A stretch of DNA of 18,213 bases from an uncultured Candidatus Poseidoniales archaeon (GTDB lineage: Archaea; Thermoplasmatota; Poseidoniia; Poseidoniales; Thalassarchaeaceae), in contig CAZXZO010000031.1 of assembly GCA_964645485.1 (NCBI GenBank), forward strand, positions 220-18,432, written 5' to 3'. A program made the position numbers and the translations under genes. Under the pieces are notes generated by a model. It searched no databases. It saw only the letters and a program-made list of their open reading frames with translations, and had not been told where the DNA came from. Below, piece after piece: positions 6,859-15,530 of the stretch (its first letter is position 1; every line of letters begins with the position of its first letter).

Positions 6859-7047
6859 ATGCCATCAGATGATGATACACCAATGGTAATAATTCGTGGG
6901 GCTGGAGGAAAGGAGGTTAGCCGGGCCGAGAAAGATGAAAGTCAAGACAAGGAGGAGAAGTCATCGAGGGAGAAGGCCGGTGATGCCGTCTGGTGGATAT
7001 ATGTATTTTTCTCGGTGATTACTTTGATTGCCATGTTCGCCTTATGA
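6859..7047 (+). CDS. Small hypothetical protein with a C-terminal TM anchor (62 aa)
   Basis: Charged N-terminal part and C-terminal hydrophobic AVWWIYVFFSVITLIAMFAL. Confidence 0.65.
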   Translation: MPSDDDTPMVIIRGAGGKEVSRAEKDESQDKEEKSSREKAGDAVWWIYVFFSVITLIAMFAL

Positions 7048-7070
7048 CCATAACCAACAAAATTCCAGGC

Positions 7071-7092
7071 CACAAGGATTTGAACAGAAATC
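7071..7092. repeat. 22-bp palindromic dispersed repeat, copy 2
   Basis: Identical to 5089-5110 and in the same orientation. It again lies between convergent stop codons. Confidence 0.9.
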
Positions 7093-7099
7093 AATCAAT

Positions 7100-8326
7100 T
7101 TATGAGCCCCAATAGGCCTCACGGATGTCTTGATTCGCTTGCATGCAAGCGACCACATCTGCAGGGCGTTCAGGCATGGATTCTACCCCTGAAAGATGAT
7201 TGAAAATGGGTTCGACATTGGACATGTTTACCACTCCCCAGCCGACCTGTGTGCAGGGAGCAATTGGAGAGATTGGCATGGTGCCAGAAGTCGGGTCCCA
7301 AGTTGAATATCCGGGATACCAAGCCGACAGGTTCAACGCATCCCTTAGTTGGCTGTTTGTAATCGAAAGATTGGTGCCATTAACCAATAGGCCACCGCGC
7401 TCCTCAGAAGCACCAGAACCCATGTCGCCCGCTAGGTCACGAAGTTGAGTCAAAATCAGACTGAGAATACCAGCGGTTCGTGGTGTAGCGAAAGAGGTGC
7501 CCGAGGTTTCGTGATAACCATCGATGTCATCATGATTGGGCAATACTTGTGTCCAATCCGCAGCGATATCTGGATACGAACCACTCATTGTTTCCTTTTG
7601 GTCGTCCCCTTCTTCAGCATAGCCAGAAATACCGATTGACCATGGGGGCCCTGCAGTGGAATCTTGAACAGCTGGAGATGGTGTATTGTCAGCCGCACCG
7701 GTGTGAACCTTGTGGTTCTCAACCACGCCTACGCGCGTTGCATCTTCGATGCCCGGAACTGGGACGCTTCCAATTGGTCCGAATGAAGTTGTGATAATAT
7801 CTACAAGTGGCTGATTTGCAGCGGCAAGTACCGCTTCATCACTGAACCCTTCAACAAAGAAAATTATCGCATCGGGATTGGCATCGAGAACAGCACCTGT
7901 CACCGCTGTCCCATGGCCGTCAGATGGATCATCAAGAATCGGGATGTTGGTATCATCATCCGGTGTTGTCCCGATGATTCGCGTCCCAGGGAAATAGACG
8001 ATATCTGTTGCTGTAATGATGTCCCAGCATGTTGGTGCATCGGCTTCGTATCGCTCTTGCCAAGTCCCATTTTGAGTCAGGTTACACCACATTGTCACAC
8101 CGAGTCCATCGAGTAGCCACTGTGGTAAGGTTTCGTTCAATACGAAGCGTTCGTGATAGACATTGATTCCAGTATCTATTGGAGCGACCACACTGTAAGC
8201 ACCGAAGCTGATTTCCTCCTCGATTTCTTCAGGTGTAACTGCCTCTTTGCCAAAGCAACCGGAAAGAACTGAGCAAAGCATCAGTGCGGAAAGAAAGAAT
8301 GTGAGGTTCACCTTTCGCATACTCAT
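7100..8326 (-). CDS. S8 (subtilisin-like) serine peptidase, predicted lipoprotein
   Basis: The triad motifs are PIDTG (D51), GHGT (H138) and GTSFATP (S278), with the oxyanion Asn in AADN. The N-terminal signal peptide ends in the lipobox LSGC (C24). Confidence 0.9.
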   Translation of the reverse strand: MSMRKVNLTFFLSALMLCSVLSGCFGKEAVTPEEIEEEISFGAYSVVAPIDTGINVYHERFVLNETLPQWLLDGLGVTMWCNLTQNGTWQERYEADAPTCWDIITATDIVYFPGTRIIGTTPDDDTNIPILDDPSDGHGTAVTGAVLDANPDAIIFFVEGFSDEAVLAAANQPLVDIITTSFGPIGSVPVPGIEDATRVGVVENHKVHTGAADNTPSPAVQDSTAGPPWSIGISGYAEEGDDQKETMSGSYPDIAADWTQVLPNHDDIDGYHETSGTSFATPRTAGILSLILTQLRDLAGDMGSGASEERGGLLVNGTNLSITNSQLRDALNLSAWYPGYSTWDPTSGTMPISPIAPCTQVGWGVVNMSNVEPIFNHLSGVESMPERPADVVACMQANQDIREAYWGS

Positions 8327-8569
8327 CCCCGGCCTTGTGGGGCCGGGTTCTGGGCTTCAACCCGACGGTTGGTCCGGAACCGCAACCAAAATGCGGCGGG
8401 CACTCACTCCATCCAACAAAGAAGGCTGCTGATGGGACAAACTCCGACAATAACGGAAATACTTGTGAAAACAATCTCTGAACTATTCGGACTCACAAAA
8501 GTTAGCACCGGATTTCCATTTCGAAATAACGACGAAAACATCAAAAATGAGCCTGCTTTATTAGACTCC

Positions 8570-10636
8570 ATGCGTAAGGATGCGACAGCCCCTGTATTAG
8601 TTCTTCTAATGTTAATTATTGCAGGGCTATTTGTAATTTTGAACAATGATGGAAATGACGTAAATACACCCGGTGATGGTGATGGAACTGATGATGGAAA
8701 CAACCAGATTAGTGACGATTGGGATGTCTACTATGTAGACTCCGGAGACGATTTACCGGCATGTGGTTCTGCCACACTCGGGCGACTATACTATGTCGCT
8801 TCAACAGCAGGATTTGAGACCTGTACAAGTGCTGGTTGGGCATTTGTCAATCTGACAGGACCTGCGGGGCCTGCTGGTGCTGATGGTGCTGATGGAGCGC
8901 AAGGACCTGCGGGGCCTCCCGGTGCTGATGGTGCTGATGGAGCGCAAGGACCTGCGGGTGCTGATGGCTCAGATGGAGCTGACGGAACGAATGGCACCAA
9001 CGGAACACAAGGTGATCCTGGAGTGACGGGTGCTGATGGAGACCAGGGCCCCCCTGGAGTGGAGGGTGCTGATGGAATGGATGGTATGAACGGGATGTCC
9101 GCTTTGGCTGTGACCAGCACTGAACCTCCGGGCACGAATTGTGCAGATGGTGGCCTCAAGATAGAGGTTGGATTAGATGGTAATGGAAATGGTGCACTTG
9201 ATTCAAATGAAGTCAGTTACACTGAATATGTCTGCAATGGTGCTGATGGTGCCAACGGAAGTGCATCTCCAAACACCATGCTGACCAGCATCTCGACACC
9301 AACCCTCCAAGCGTGTTCCTCCGGAGGTAGGATAATCGAGCAGGGGCTCGACAATGGTGACGGCGGAGGCACATCTCAGAATGGGGTGCTAGAACCTGGA
9401 GAGGTGGATTACACTACCACCTACTGCAGCAATTACCAAGTTACAGCATTAACTGACCTAAACTTACCATCTCCTTGGTATGCTACCGACGGGGTTGATA
9501 CCGACAGAGTTCTTTCCATGGCAGCCATAGATGACCAAATATTCTTCAGCGGAAACAATGGCAGTTGCTCCACAATATACGCATATGAAATGAGCAATTT
9601 ATCGGCTTGGCCTGTTGGCTCATGTGATCTTTACATGATAGAGGACTTCATGGCCATAGGCACGAGAATTTACTTTGAAGGACGTTTGTCTCACGGGGCA
9701 GAACTTTGGGTTCACGAGACTATAAACAGTTCTACATGGCAGGTGACGGACATTTGCCCTGGGAGTTGCAGCAGTTTTGTTTACGAACCAATAATATTTG
9801 GAACTCGAATATATTTTGGTGCACTAACTACTAGTGACGGCATAGAGTTGTGGGCGCACGAGACGACCAACGACTCGACTTGGCAGGTAGCCGACATCAA
9901 CCCCGGTGTTGGATACGGGTACCCGAGTGATTTTGCAATAATGGGGACACGTCTCTACTTCGAGGCGCGAGACAGCAGCAACTACAATCTGTGGGCACAC
10001 GAAACGACCAACAACTCGACATGGAAGGTGACTGCATTTACCTATACTTACGGACACATGAACGATATCGCGGTGATTGGTAGTAGTGTCTACTTCCGTG
10101 CTTATGATGGTACATCATCTGAATTATGGGTTTATGAATCGACCAACGACTCTTATTGGATAGCAGTTGACCTCAACCCTACTTCAACCACAAATAGTAA
10201 TCCAAAATCGTTTACAGTGATAGGAAGTCGCCTCTATTTCCAGGGTTCTACAACAAGTGCCGGCAGTGAAATGTGGGCGTTCGAGACTACTAACAACTCT
10301 GCTTGGATGGTGGCCGAAATCAGGAGCGGGTCTGGCGGCTCCGGGGCAGGAACTTACTCAAACGGATTCGTAGAGATGGGCACCCGGATCTACTTCTCTG
10401 CGTCTAATGGCTCCTGGGATTACGAACTGTGGGTGCACGATACATCTAGTGATGAAACTTGGCAGGTCGCTGAAATCAACAGCGGCAGCGCCACCGCATT
10501 TGGAGGTTGTTACAACTGGGATTGCATACAACCATTATTGGTAGTAAATGATAGGCTAGTATTTGCAGCTGACAACGGAGTCAATGGCAATGAACTGTAC
10601 ATGATGGAGATTGAGCAAACGATAACCTACAACTGA
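8570..10636 (+). CDS. Membrane-anchored surface protein: collagen (Gly-X-Y) stalk, two Cys-containing EPxGxNC/GGxxIxxGLD modules (DUF7151-like) and an ELWxxDGT-like beta-propeller
   Basis: MRKDATAPVLVLLMLIIAGLFVIL is the likely start and anchor (ATG 8570; the ORF is open from TTG 8369). It is followed by 27 GXY triplets, two GG..I..GLD.GxG modules and eight (R)-x-Y-F-x-A/G...ELW repeats. Confidence 0.85.
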   Translation: MRKDATAPVLVLLMLIIAGLFVILNNDGNDVNTPGDGDGTDDGNNQISDDWDVYYVDSGDDLPACGSATLGRLYYVASTAGFETCTSAGWAFVNLTGPAGPAGADGADGAQGPAGPPGADGADGAQGPAGADGSDGADGTNGTNGTQGDPGVTGADGDQGPPGVEGADGMDGMNGMSALAVTSTEPPGTNCADGGLKIEVGLDGNGNGALDSNEVSYTEYVCNGADGANGSASPNTMLTSISTPTLQACSSGGRIIEQGLDNGDGGGTSQNGVLEPGEVDYTTTYCSNYQVTALTDLNLPSPWYATDGVDTDRVLSMAAIDDQIFFSGNNGSCSTIYAYEMSNLSAWPVGSCDLYMIEDFMAIGTRIYFEGRLSHGAELWVHETINSSTWQVTDICPGSCSSFVYEPIIFGTRIYFGALTTSDGIELWAHETTNDSTWQVADINPGVGYGYPSDFAIMGTRLYFEARDSSNYNLWAHETTNNSTWKVTAFTYTYGHMNDIAVIGSSVYFRAYDGTSSELWVYESTNDSYWIAVDLNPTSTTNSNPKSFTVIGSRLYFQGSTTSAGSEMWAFETTNNSAWMVAEIRSGSGGSGAGTYSNGFVEMGTRIYFSASNGSWDYELWVHDTSSDETWQVAEINSGSATAFGGCYNWDCIQPLLVVNDRLVFAADNGVNGNELYMMEIEQTITYN
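8858..9100 (+). repeat. Collagen-like coding repeat (27 Gly-X-Y triplets) containing a near-perfect 45-bp tandem duplication
   Basis: GPAGPAGADGADGAQ and GPAGPPGADGADGAQ are encoded by nearly identical 45-mers at 8858-8902 and 8903-8947. Confidence 0.92.
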
Positions 10637-10699
10637 TGAAGTGGAAGGACCTACACCCCGCCAATAGGTTCAACAGAATGAAGCACTTGGCGATGCTTG

Positions 10700-11368
10700 A
10701 TGAAGCCGCTAATAGTTGTCAATTTCAAGACCTACAGCAGCGCACATGGTGCTAACGCAGAAATGCTTGCAAAATTCATGGCAGAAGCAGATGCGGCCTG
10801 TGATTCAGCGGATTTCGTTGCTGTAGTTTCAGCATTCGACTTGGCTTCAGTAAAGGCAGCAGCACCCAACTTGCAAGTTTGGACTCAACATCTTGACCCA
10901 GTCGGATTTGGTTCTAATACCGGCTGGCTTCATCCTGAGACTGCAATCGAAAGAGGTGCAACAGGCACCATCATCAATCATGCAGAGCACAAAGTATCTA
11001 TTGACCATGTCAAAAACCTGCTAGCACAACTTCCTGATGACTTTCCAGTATGCGCTTGTGCTGCAGATTTGGATGAAGCGAAGGCACTTGCGGCTCTTGG
11101 ACCAACTATGATTGCTGTCGAGCCGCCCGAACTCATTGGCGGCGACATCTCAGTAACATCTGCAGACCCTGAAATTGTTTCAGGCACAGCTAATCTTGTG
11201 AAATCAGTTAACCCTGATGTAAGAGTTCTTTGCGGTGCAGGAGTCAAGAACGGAGATGATGTGGCAATGGCAATTCAACTTGGAACTGAGGGAGTTCTTC
11301 TAGCCAGTGGAGTCACCAAGGCAAACGACCCTCAAGGAATACTTGCAAACCTAGTTTCAAAACTCTGA
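10700..11368 (+). CDS. tpiA: Triosephosphate isomerase, archaeal type
   Basis: VNFKTY, NHAEH, AVEPPELIG, LCGAG and GVLLASG motifs, with the short ~222 aa length of archaeal TIM. Confidence 0.95.
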   Translation: MKPLIVVNFKTYSSAHGANAEMLAKFMAEADAACDSADFVAVVSAFDLASVKAAAPNLQVWTQHLDPVGFGSNTGWLHPETAIERGATGTIINHAEHKVSIDHVKNLLAQLPDDFPVCACAADLDEAKALAALGPTMIAVEPPELIGGDISVTSADPEIVSGTANLVKSVNPDVRVLCGAGVKNGDDVAMAIQLGTEGVLLASGVTKANDPQGILANLVSKL

Positions 11369-11380
11369 AGCGAATTTTTG

Positions 11381-11434
11381 ACTAAAGCAAACGACTCACA
11401 AGGAATACTTGCAGACCTCGTTTCAAAACTTTGA
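11381..11434 (+). pseudogene. Diverged duplicate of the last 18 codons of tpiA
   Basis: Reads TKANDSQGILADLVSKL* versus TKANDPQGILANLVSKL* at 11315-11368, with 47/54 nt identical. Confidence 0.85.
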
Positions 11435-11452
11435 ATTGCTTACTTTAGCAAA

Positions 11453-12460
11453 TCATGATTCAGGGAAAGTTCCACCAACTTGAGAATAACCCTCAGGGAT
11501 TTCAGCCCCATAATCAACTACAACGCCTTCAATTTTGACGCTGGCACCAATTTTTGCGCCTTCACCAATCAAACATTCAACAATTGAAGAATTATCACCG
11601 ATGAAAACATCATTCATCAACGCTGACCTAACCACATCAGCACCAGGTGAAATCGTTGAACCTTGACCTATGGCACTACTCAATGGACCAGCCCCGTCAA
11701 ACACCCCATCACCTAACCAAGAGGTGTCCCCAAAACCGCCGCGCCCCCCACTCGACCAGCGCTGGCCGTTCAGACAAACTTGCACACCCTCTAACCATGA
11801 AGGAGGAGTACCAGCATCAACGAAGTGACCCTCGAAACCAAATCCGTTCAACACGCCTTCAGATGCAATATCGGTGTAAACATCTCTCTCCATACTATGT
11901 GCGCCATCTGGCATCCTATCGAATATTTCAGGTTCTAGAATGTAGCAACCAGCATTTATCATGTTACTAACAGCATCCTCTAATGCTGGCTTTTCTTGAA
12001 ACTGGTAGATTTTACCATCTTCTCTAATATCACATACTCCAAACCTAGTTGGGTCCTCAACCTCCCAAAGAGAAATAGTGGCTAATCCACCCTGAGAATG
12101 ATGGAACTTGAGCATTTCTTCAACCGGCACACTTGAGAGCAGGTCACCATTCATCACGCAAAATGTTTCATCACGAAGATGACTTCTGCAATTAGCAATT
12201 GCACCACCTGTGCCAAGAGGTTCAGTCTCTTCAACAATTGTGACTTTGTATGGTAATTCAACAGTGGAAAAATGCTCTCTCATTTCATCAATTTTGTATC
12301 CTGCTGCCAATATGACTTCATCAACCAAATTTTCAGGCAATGCTTCAACCACTCTTTCTAGCAGAGTTTTGTCAAGCATTGGTAACAATGGTTTAGCAAC
12401 ATGGTTCGTCCATGGGCGAAGTCTAGTGCCAAATCCACCGGCCAAAACGATGACTTGCAT
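11453..12460 (-). CDS. NDP-sugar synthase (sugar-1-phosphate nucleotidyltransferase, COG1208/GCD1-like) with a C-terminal hexapeptide-repeat region
   Basis: VIVLAGGFGTRLRP...KPLLP, EPLGTGGA, NGD, FQEKP, INAGCYI and DAGTP motifs. SD-like AGGGAG favours the ATG at 12460. Substrate not assignable. Confidence 0.9.
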   Translation of the reverse strand: MQVIVLAGGFGTRLRPWTNHVAKPLLPMLDKTLLERVVEALPENLVDEVILAAGYKIDEMREHFSTVELPYKVTIVEETEPLGTGGAIANCRSHLRDETFCVMNGDLLSSVPVEEMLKFHHSQGGLATISLWEVEDPTRFGVCDIREDGKIYQFQEKPALEDAVSNMINAGCYILEPEIFDRMPDGAHSMERDVYTDIASEGVLNGFGFEGHFVDAGTPPSWLEGVQVCLNGQRWSSGGRGGFGDTSWLGDGVFDGAGPLSSAIGQGSTISPGADVVRSALMNDVFIGDNSSIVECLIGEGAKIGASVKIEGVVVDYGAEIPEGYSQVGGTFPES

Positions 12461-12597
12461 GATGCTCCCTGTCATCGCCGGTTAAACACCCTCACTTCAA
12501 GGGATTCCTCCCGGGATAGCGTGTTGGCGCAACTTAGACACGCGGGCAAGTATTCAAAGACGGGCTTTAGGTCGACCGACTCGTAGGGGGAGTTTAG

Positions 12598-13806
12598 GTG
12601 AACATCCACGAATATCAAGGAAAGAGTCTGTTTCGAGGTGCTGGGCTTCCGGTAGTTGCCGGAGTTCATTGTATAAGTGTAGAGCAAGCACTCTCTGCTT
12701 ACGATGATTTGGCGAGCAAAATTGTTGCTGTAAAGAGCCAAATTCACGCAGGCGGTCGTGGAAAAGGAATTCTTTACGATCCAGAAACTGGTGCTGAAGT
12801 GATGCAAGGTGGAGTCAAGATTGCTTTCAATCGAGATGATGTTGAAACCTATGCAACAAATCTACTCGGCAACAACTTGGTGACAAAACAAACCGGTGAA
12901 GCGGGTAAAATCGTCAACAATCTATACATTGAGTCTGGATGCGCTATTGCGCATGAATATTATCTTGCAATTTTGGTTGATAGAGAGGAGAAAATGCCTC
13001 TTATCATGGCTTCAACTGAAGGCGGAATGGATATTGAAGAAGTAGCGGAATCAACTCCTGAGGCAATTCACAAAATACATGTTGACATGAATGTCGGTGT
13101 GACAGATGAGCAAGCAAGTGGGCTAGCAAGTTCACTTGGATTAGATGGAGCGGCTAGCGATTCGTTTGTATCAATGGTTCAAGGTTTGTTCTCATTTTTC
13201 GTTGAAAAAGACTGTGCGATGGTGGAAATCAACCCACTTGTGCGCACAGATGCTGACGAGATGATTTTACTAGATGCAAAAGTCAGTTTTGATGAAAACG
13301 CTCTATTCCGCCACCCAGATATCGTTGAACTACGTGACCTATCTGAAGAAGAGGCGACAGAAATCCGTGCTAAGGAAGCGGGATTATCATATGTCAAACT
13401 CGATGGAAACATTGGCTGTTTAGTCAATGGAGCAGGCTTAGCAATGGCGACAATGGATGTCATCAAATTGTATGGAGGCGAGCCTGCAAATTTCCTAGAT
13501 GTAGGAGGCGGTGCAGACGAGCAACAAGTTGAGACCGCTTTCAGTATCATCATGGAAGACCCAAATGTGAAAGGAATCCTCGTCAATATTTTTGGCGGAA
13601 TCATGCGCTGTGACATCATAGCCAGAGGAGTCATTGCTGCAACTGAAGCACTTGGCCTAGAAGACCCACTAGTCGTGAGATTAGTGGGTACAAATTTCGA
13701 AAAAGGCAGAGCAATTTTGGCAGCCAGCGATCTCAACATTCACACTGCTGAAACGCTGGCCGAAGGCGCTGAAAAAATTGTTTCATTAATTGGAGGTGGT
13801 CAGTAA
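12598..13806 (+). CDS. sucC: Succinate--CoA ligase (ADP/GDP-forming) beta subunit
   Basis: [50 protein letters not shown] and [10 protein letters not shown] motifs. GTG start with a GGGGAG SD. Confidence 0.97.
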   Translation: MNIHEYQGKSLFRGAGLPVVAGVHCISVEQALSAYDDLASKIVAVKSQIHAGGRGKGILYDPETGAEVMQGGVKIAFNRDDVETYATNLLGNNLVTKQTGEAGKIVNNLYIESGCAIAHEYYLAILVDREEKMPLIMASTEGGMDIEEVAESTPEAIHKIHVDMNVGVTDEQASGLASSLGLDGAASDSFVSMVQGLFSFFVEKDCAMVEINPLVRTDADEMILLDAKVSFDENALFRHPDIVELRDLSEEEATEIRAKEAGLSYVKLDGNIGCLVNGAGLAMATMDVIKLYGGEPANFLDVGGGADEQQVETAFSIIMEDPNVKGILVNIFGGIMRCDIIARGVIAATEALGLEDPLVVRLVGTNFEKGRAILAASDLNIHTAETLAEGAEKIVSLIGGGQ

Positions 13807-14729
13807 TGGCAATCTGGATTGAAGAAGATGCAAAAATCTTAGTTCAAGGTATCACCGGCAAACAAGGAACATTCCACGCTACAAAGTCAGCAGAATTTGG
13901 TGCTAATGTTGTTGGCGGAGTTACTCCAGGGAAAGGTGGCCAAATTGCTGACTTAGGAGTCATCCAAGTTCCAATTTGGAACACCATGGCAGAAGCAATT
14001 TCTGAAACTGATGCTGACGCCAGCGTCATCTATGTTCCACCAAGATTCGCTGGCGCCGCCATCATCGAAGCTGCTGACGCATTCCATTCAGTCAAAGGTG
14101 AAGGCGTAATTGTCTGCATTACAGAAGGGATTCCTACTCTTGATATGGTCAAGGCAAGCGCTCACGTGAGAGGTATTGAGGGAGTTAGGCTAATCGGACC
14201 AAACTGCCCAGGAATTATCACGCCAAGCGAAACCGGTGGGGCGAAAATCGGAATCATGCCCGGCTCAATACACGCTAAGGGGAGAATAGGGGTTGTCTCC
14301 AAATCAGGCACACTCACTTACGAAGCAGTGGCTCAAACAATGAGCATTGATGAAGGGCAATCAACCTGTGTTGGAATTGGTGGAGACCCAGTAAATGGAA
14401 CTGGTTTCATTGATTGTTTATCGGCTTTCGAGGCCGATGAACAAACCGTTGCTGTTGTGATGATAGGTGAAATCGGTGGAACTGCTGAAGAAGAGGCAGC
14501 GGCTTGGGTCGCTGAAAACATGAGTAAGCCAGTTGTTGGCTTTGTTGCAGGGATGACAGCGCCACCGGGTAAACGCATGGGGCATGCTGGAGCGATTATT
14601 TCTGGCGGAAAAGGAACCGCCTCTGAGAAAGTCGCGGCGATGGAAGCGGCTGGAATCCGCTGTGCAAATGACCCATCTGAAATCGGTGAAGTTCTGCTGA
14701 AAGCACTGAAAGATGCTGGACTTCGTTAA
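13806..14729 (+). CDS. sucD: Succinate--CoA ligase alpha subunit
   Basis: [42 protein letters not shown] and MGHAGAI (phospho-His) motifs. TAATG overlap with sucC. Confidence 0.97.
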   Translation: MAIWIEEDAKILVQGITGKQGTFHATKSAEFGANVVGGVTPGKGGQIADLGVIQVPIWNTMAEAISETDADASVIYVPPRFAGAAIIEAADAFHSVKGEGVIVCITEGIPTLDMVKASAHVRGIEGVRLIGPNCPGIITPSETGGAKIGIMPGSIHAKGRIGVVSKSGTLTYEAVAQTMSIDEGQSTCVGIGGDPVNGTGFIDCLSAFEADEQTVAVVMIGEIGGTAEEEAAAWVAENMSKPVVGFVAGMTAPPGKRMGHAGAIISGGKGTASEKVAAMEAAGIRCANDPSEIGEVLLKALKDAGLR

Positions 14730-14782
14730 TCCGCATTTTGAGGACTTTGTTAATCCGCATTTGGCTGACTTTGTTAATCCGC
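14718..14782. repeat. 24-bp tandem repeat (~2.7 copies) containing the sucD stop codon
   Basis: GGACTTCGTTAATCCGCATTTTGA / GGACTTTGTTAATCCGCATTTGGC / TGACTTTGTTAATCCGC starting at 14718, 14742 and 14766. Confidence 0.88.
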
Positions 14783-14855
14783 TCGGAGGGCAACATGTCA
14801 GCCGCTCGTTTCAAGACAAGCAGCCGATGTCAGTATAACATACGACTGAGGGTTG

Positions 14856-15485
14856 ATGATAATGGCAGTTGATGTAACCAGCCTAGTTCCTGTTGCATTC
14901 GTACTAGCAGGTGGAGCGATTTCACCCGGCCCCAGCCTAGCAGTCGTGCTTCGCAACACCATGGCTGGTGGCCGTTCTAGAGGAATTGCATGTTCTATTG
15001 GCCACGGTCTTGGCTTAGGGATTTACGCATTTTTAGCAATAAGTGGAATTTCTTTCTTGAAATCAGGTGGAGGTTCTTTTTCCACAACTCTAGAATTAGC
15101 GGGAGCCGTGTTCTTAGTTTGGGTAGCATTGTCTATGCTCCGTGATATTAGAGAAGGAGGAGAAAACACCGAATTACACGACGAGGGAAAACGTCAAGGG
15201 TTTGTTGAGGGATTCCTCATTGCCTTCTTGAATCCAAAAATTTTCGTCTTTTTGACAGCAATTTTCTCTCAATTCATCGCTGCGGGAATGCCACTATCTG
15301 ACAGAATAATCATCGCTTGTTTAGCATTTGTAATTGACACTTCGTGGTACATCATTGTCGCCATTGCATTATCTGGCACGGCTATGCTTGAAGGCCTAAA
15401 AAAGCGAGGGAAACTCATTGATATCGTTGTGGCAATAATTTTGCTAGGGTTAGCAATCACAATATTTGTAAAATATCTAGTGTGA
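14856..15485 (+). CDS. LysE/RhtB family amino-acid exporter
   Basis: SPGPSLAVV.N.MAGG..RG and GFLIAFLNPK motifs with ~6 TM segments. The start is uncertain (14853, 14856 or 14862). Confidence 0.88.
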   Translation: MIMAVDVTSLVPVAFVLAGGAISPGPSLAVVLRNTMAGGRSRGIACSIGHGLGLGIYAFLAISGISFLKSGGGSFSTTLELAGAVFLVWVALSMLRDIREGGENTELHDEGKRQGFVEGFLIAFLNPKIFVFLTAIFSQFIAAGMPLSDRIIIACLAFVIDTSWYIIVAIALSGTAMLEGLKKRGKLIDIVVAIILLGLAITIFVKYLV

Positions 15486-15530
15486 ATTAATAATCACAAT
15501 TTGGCCGAAATCCGAATTGAAGATTTAGGC

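Noticed and set aside
8369-8569. 67-residue N-terminal extension of the collagen protein
   Set aside because: It has no signal or domain character and lies in the divergent promoter gap. The hydrophobic anchor begins right after ATG 8570.
8404-9159. Minus-strand ORFs 8404..8703 and 8791..9159 (PSAP repeats)
   Set aside because: These are antisense shadows of the collagen-protein gene.
10900-11000. TpiA has NHAE in place of the usual HSE motif
   Set aside because: The catalytic Lys, His and Glu are all present. A Ser-to-Ala change alone is not evidence of altered function.
13179-14814. Minus-strand ORFs within and after sucCD, including 14596..14814 with RINKV repeats
   Set aside because: They are antisense to well-supported genes, and the RINKV periodicity is just the 24-bp tandem repeat.
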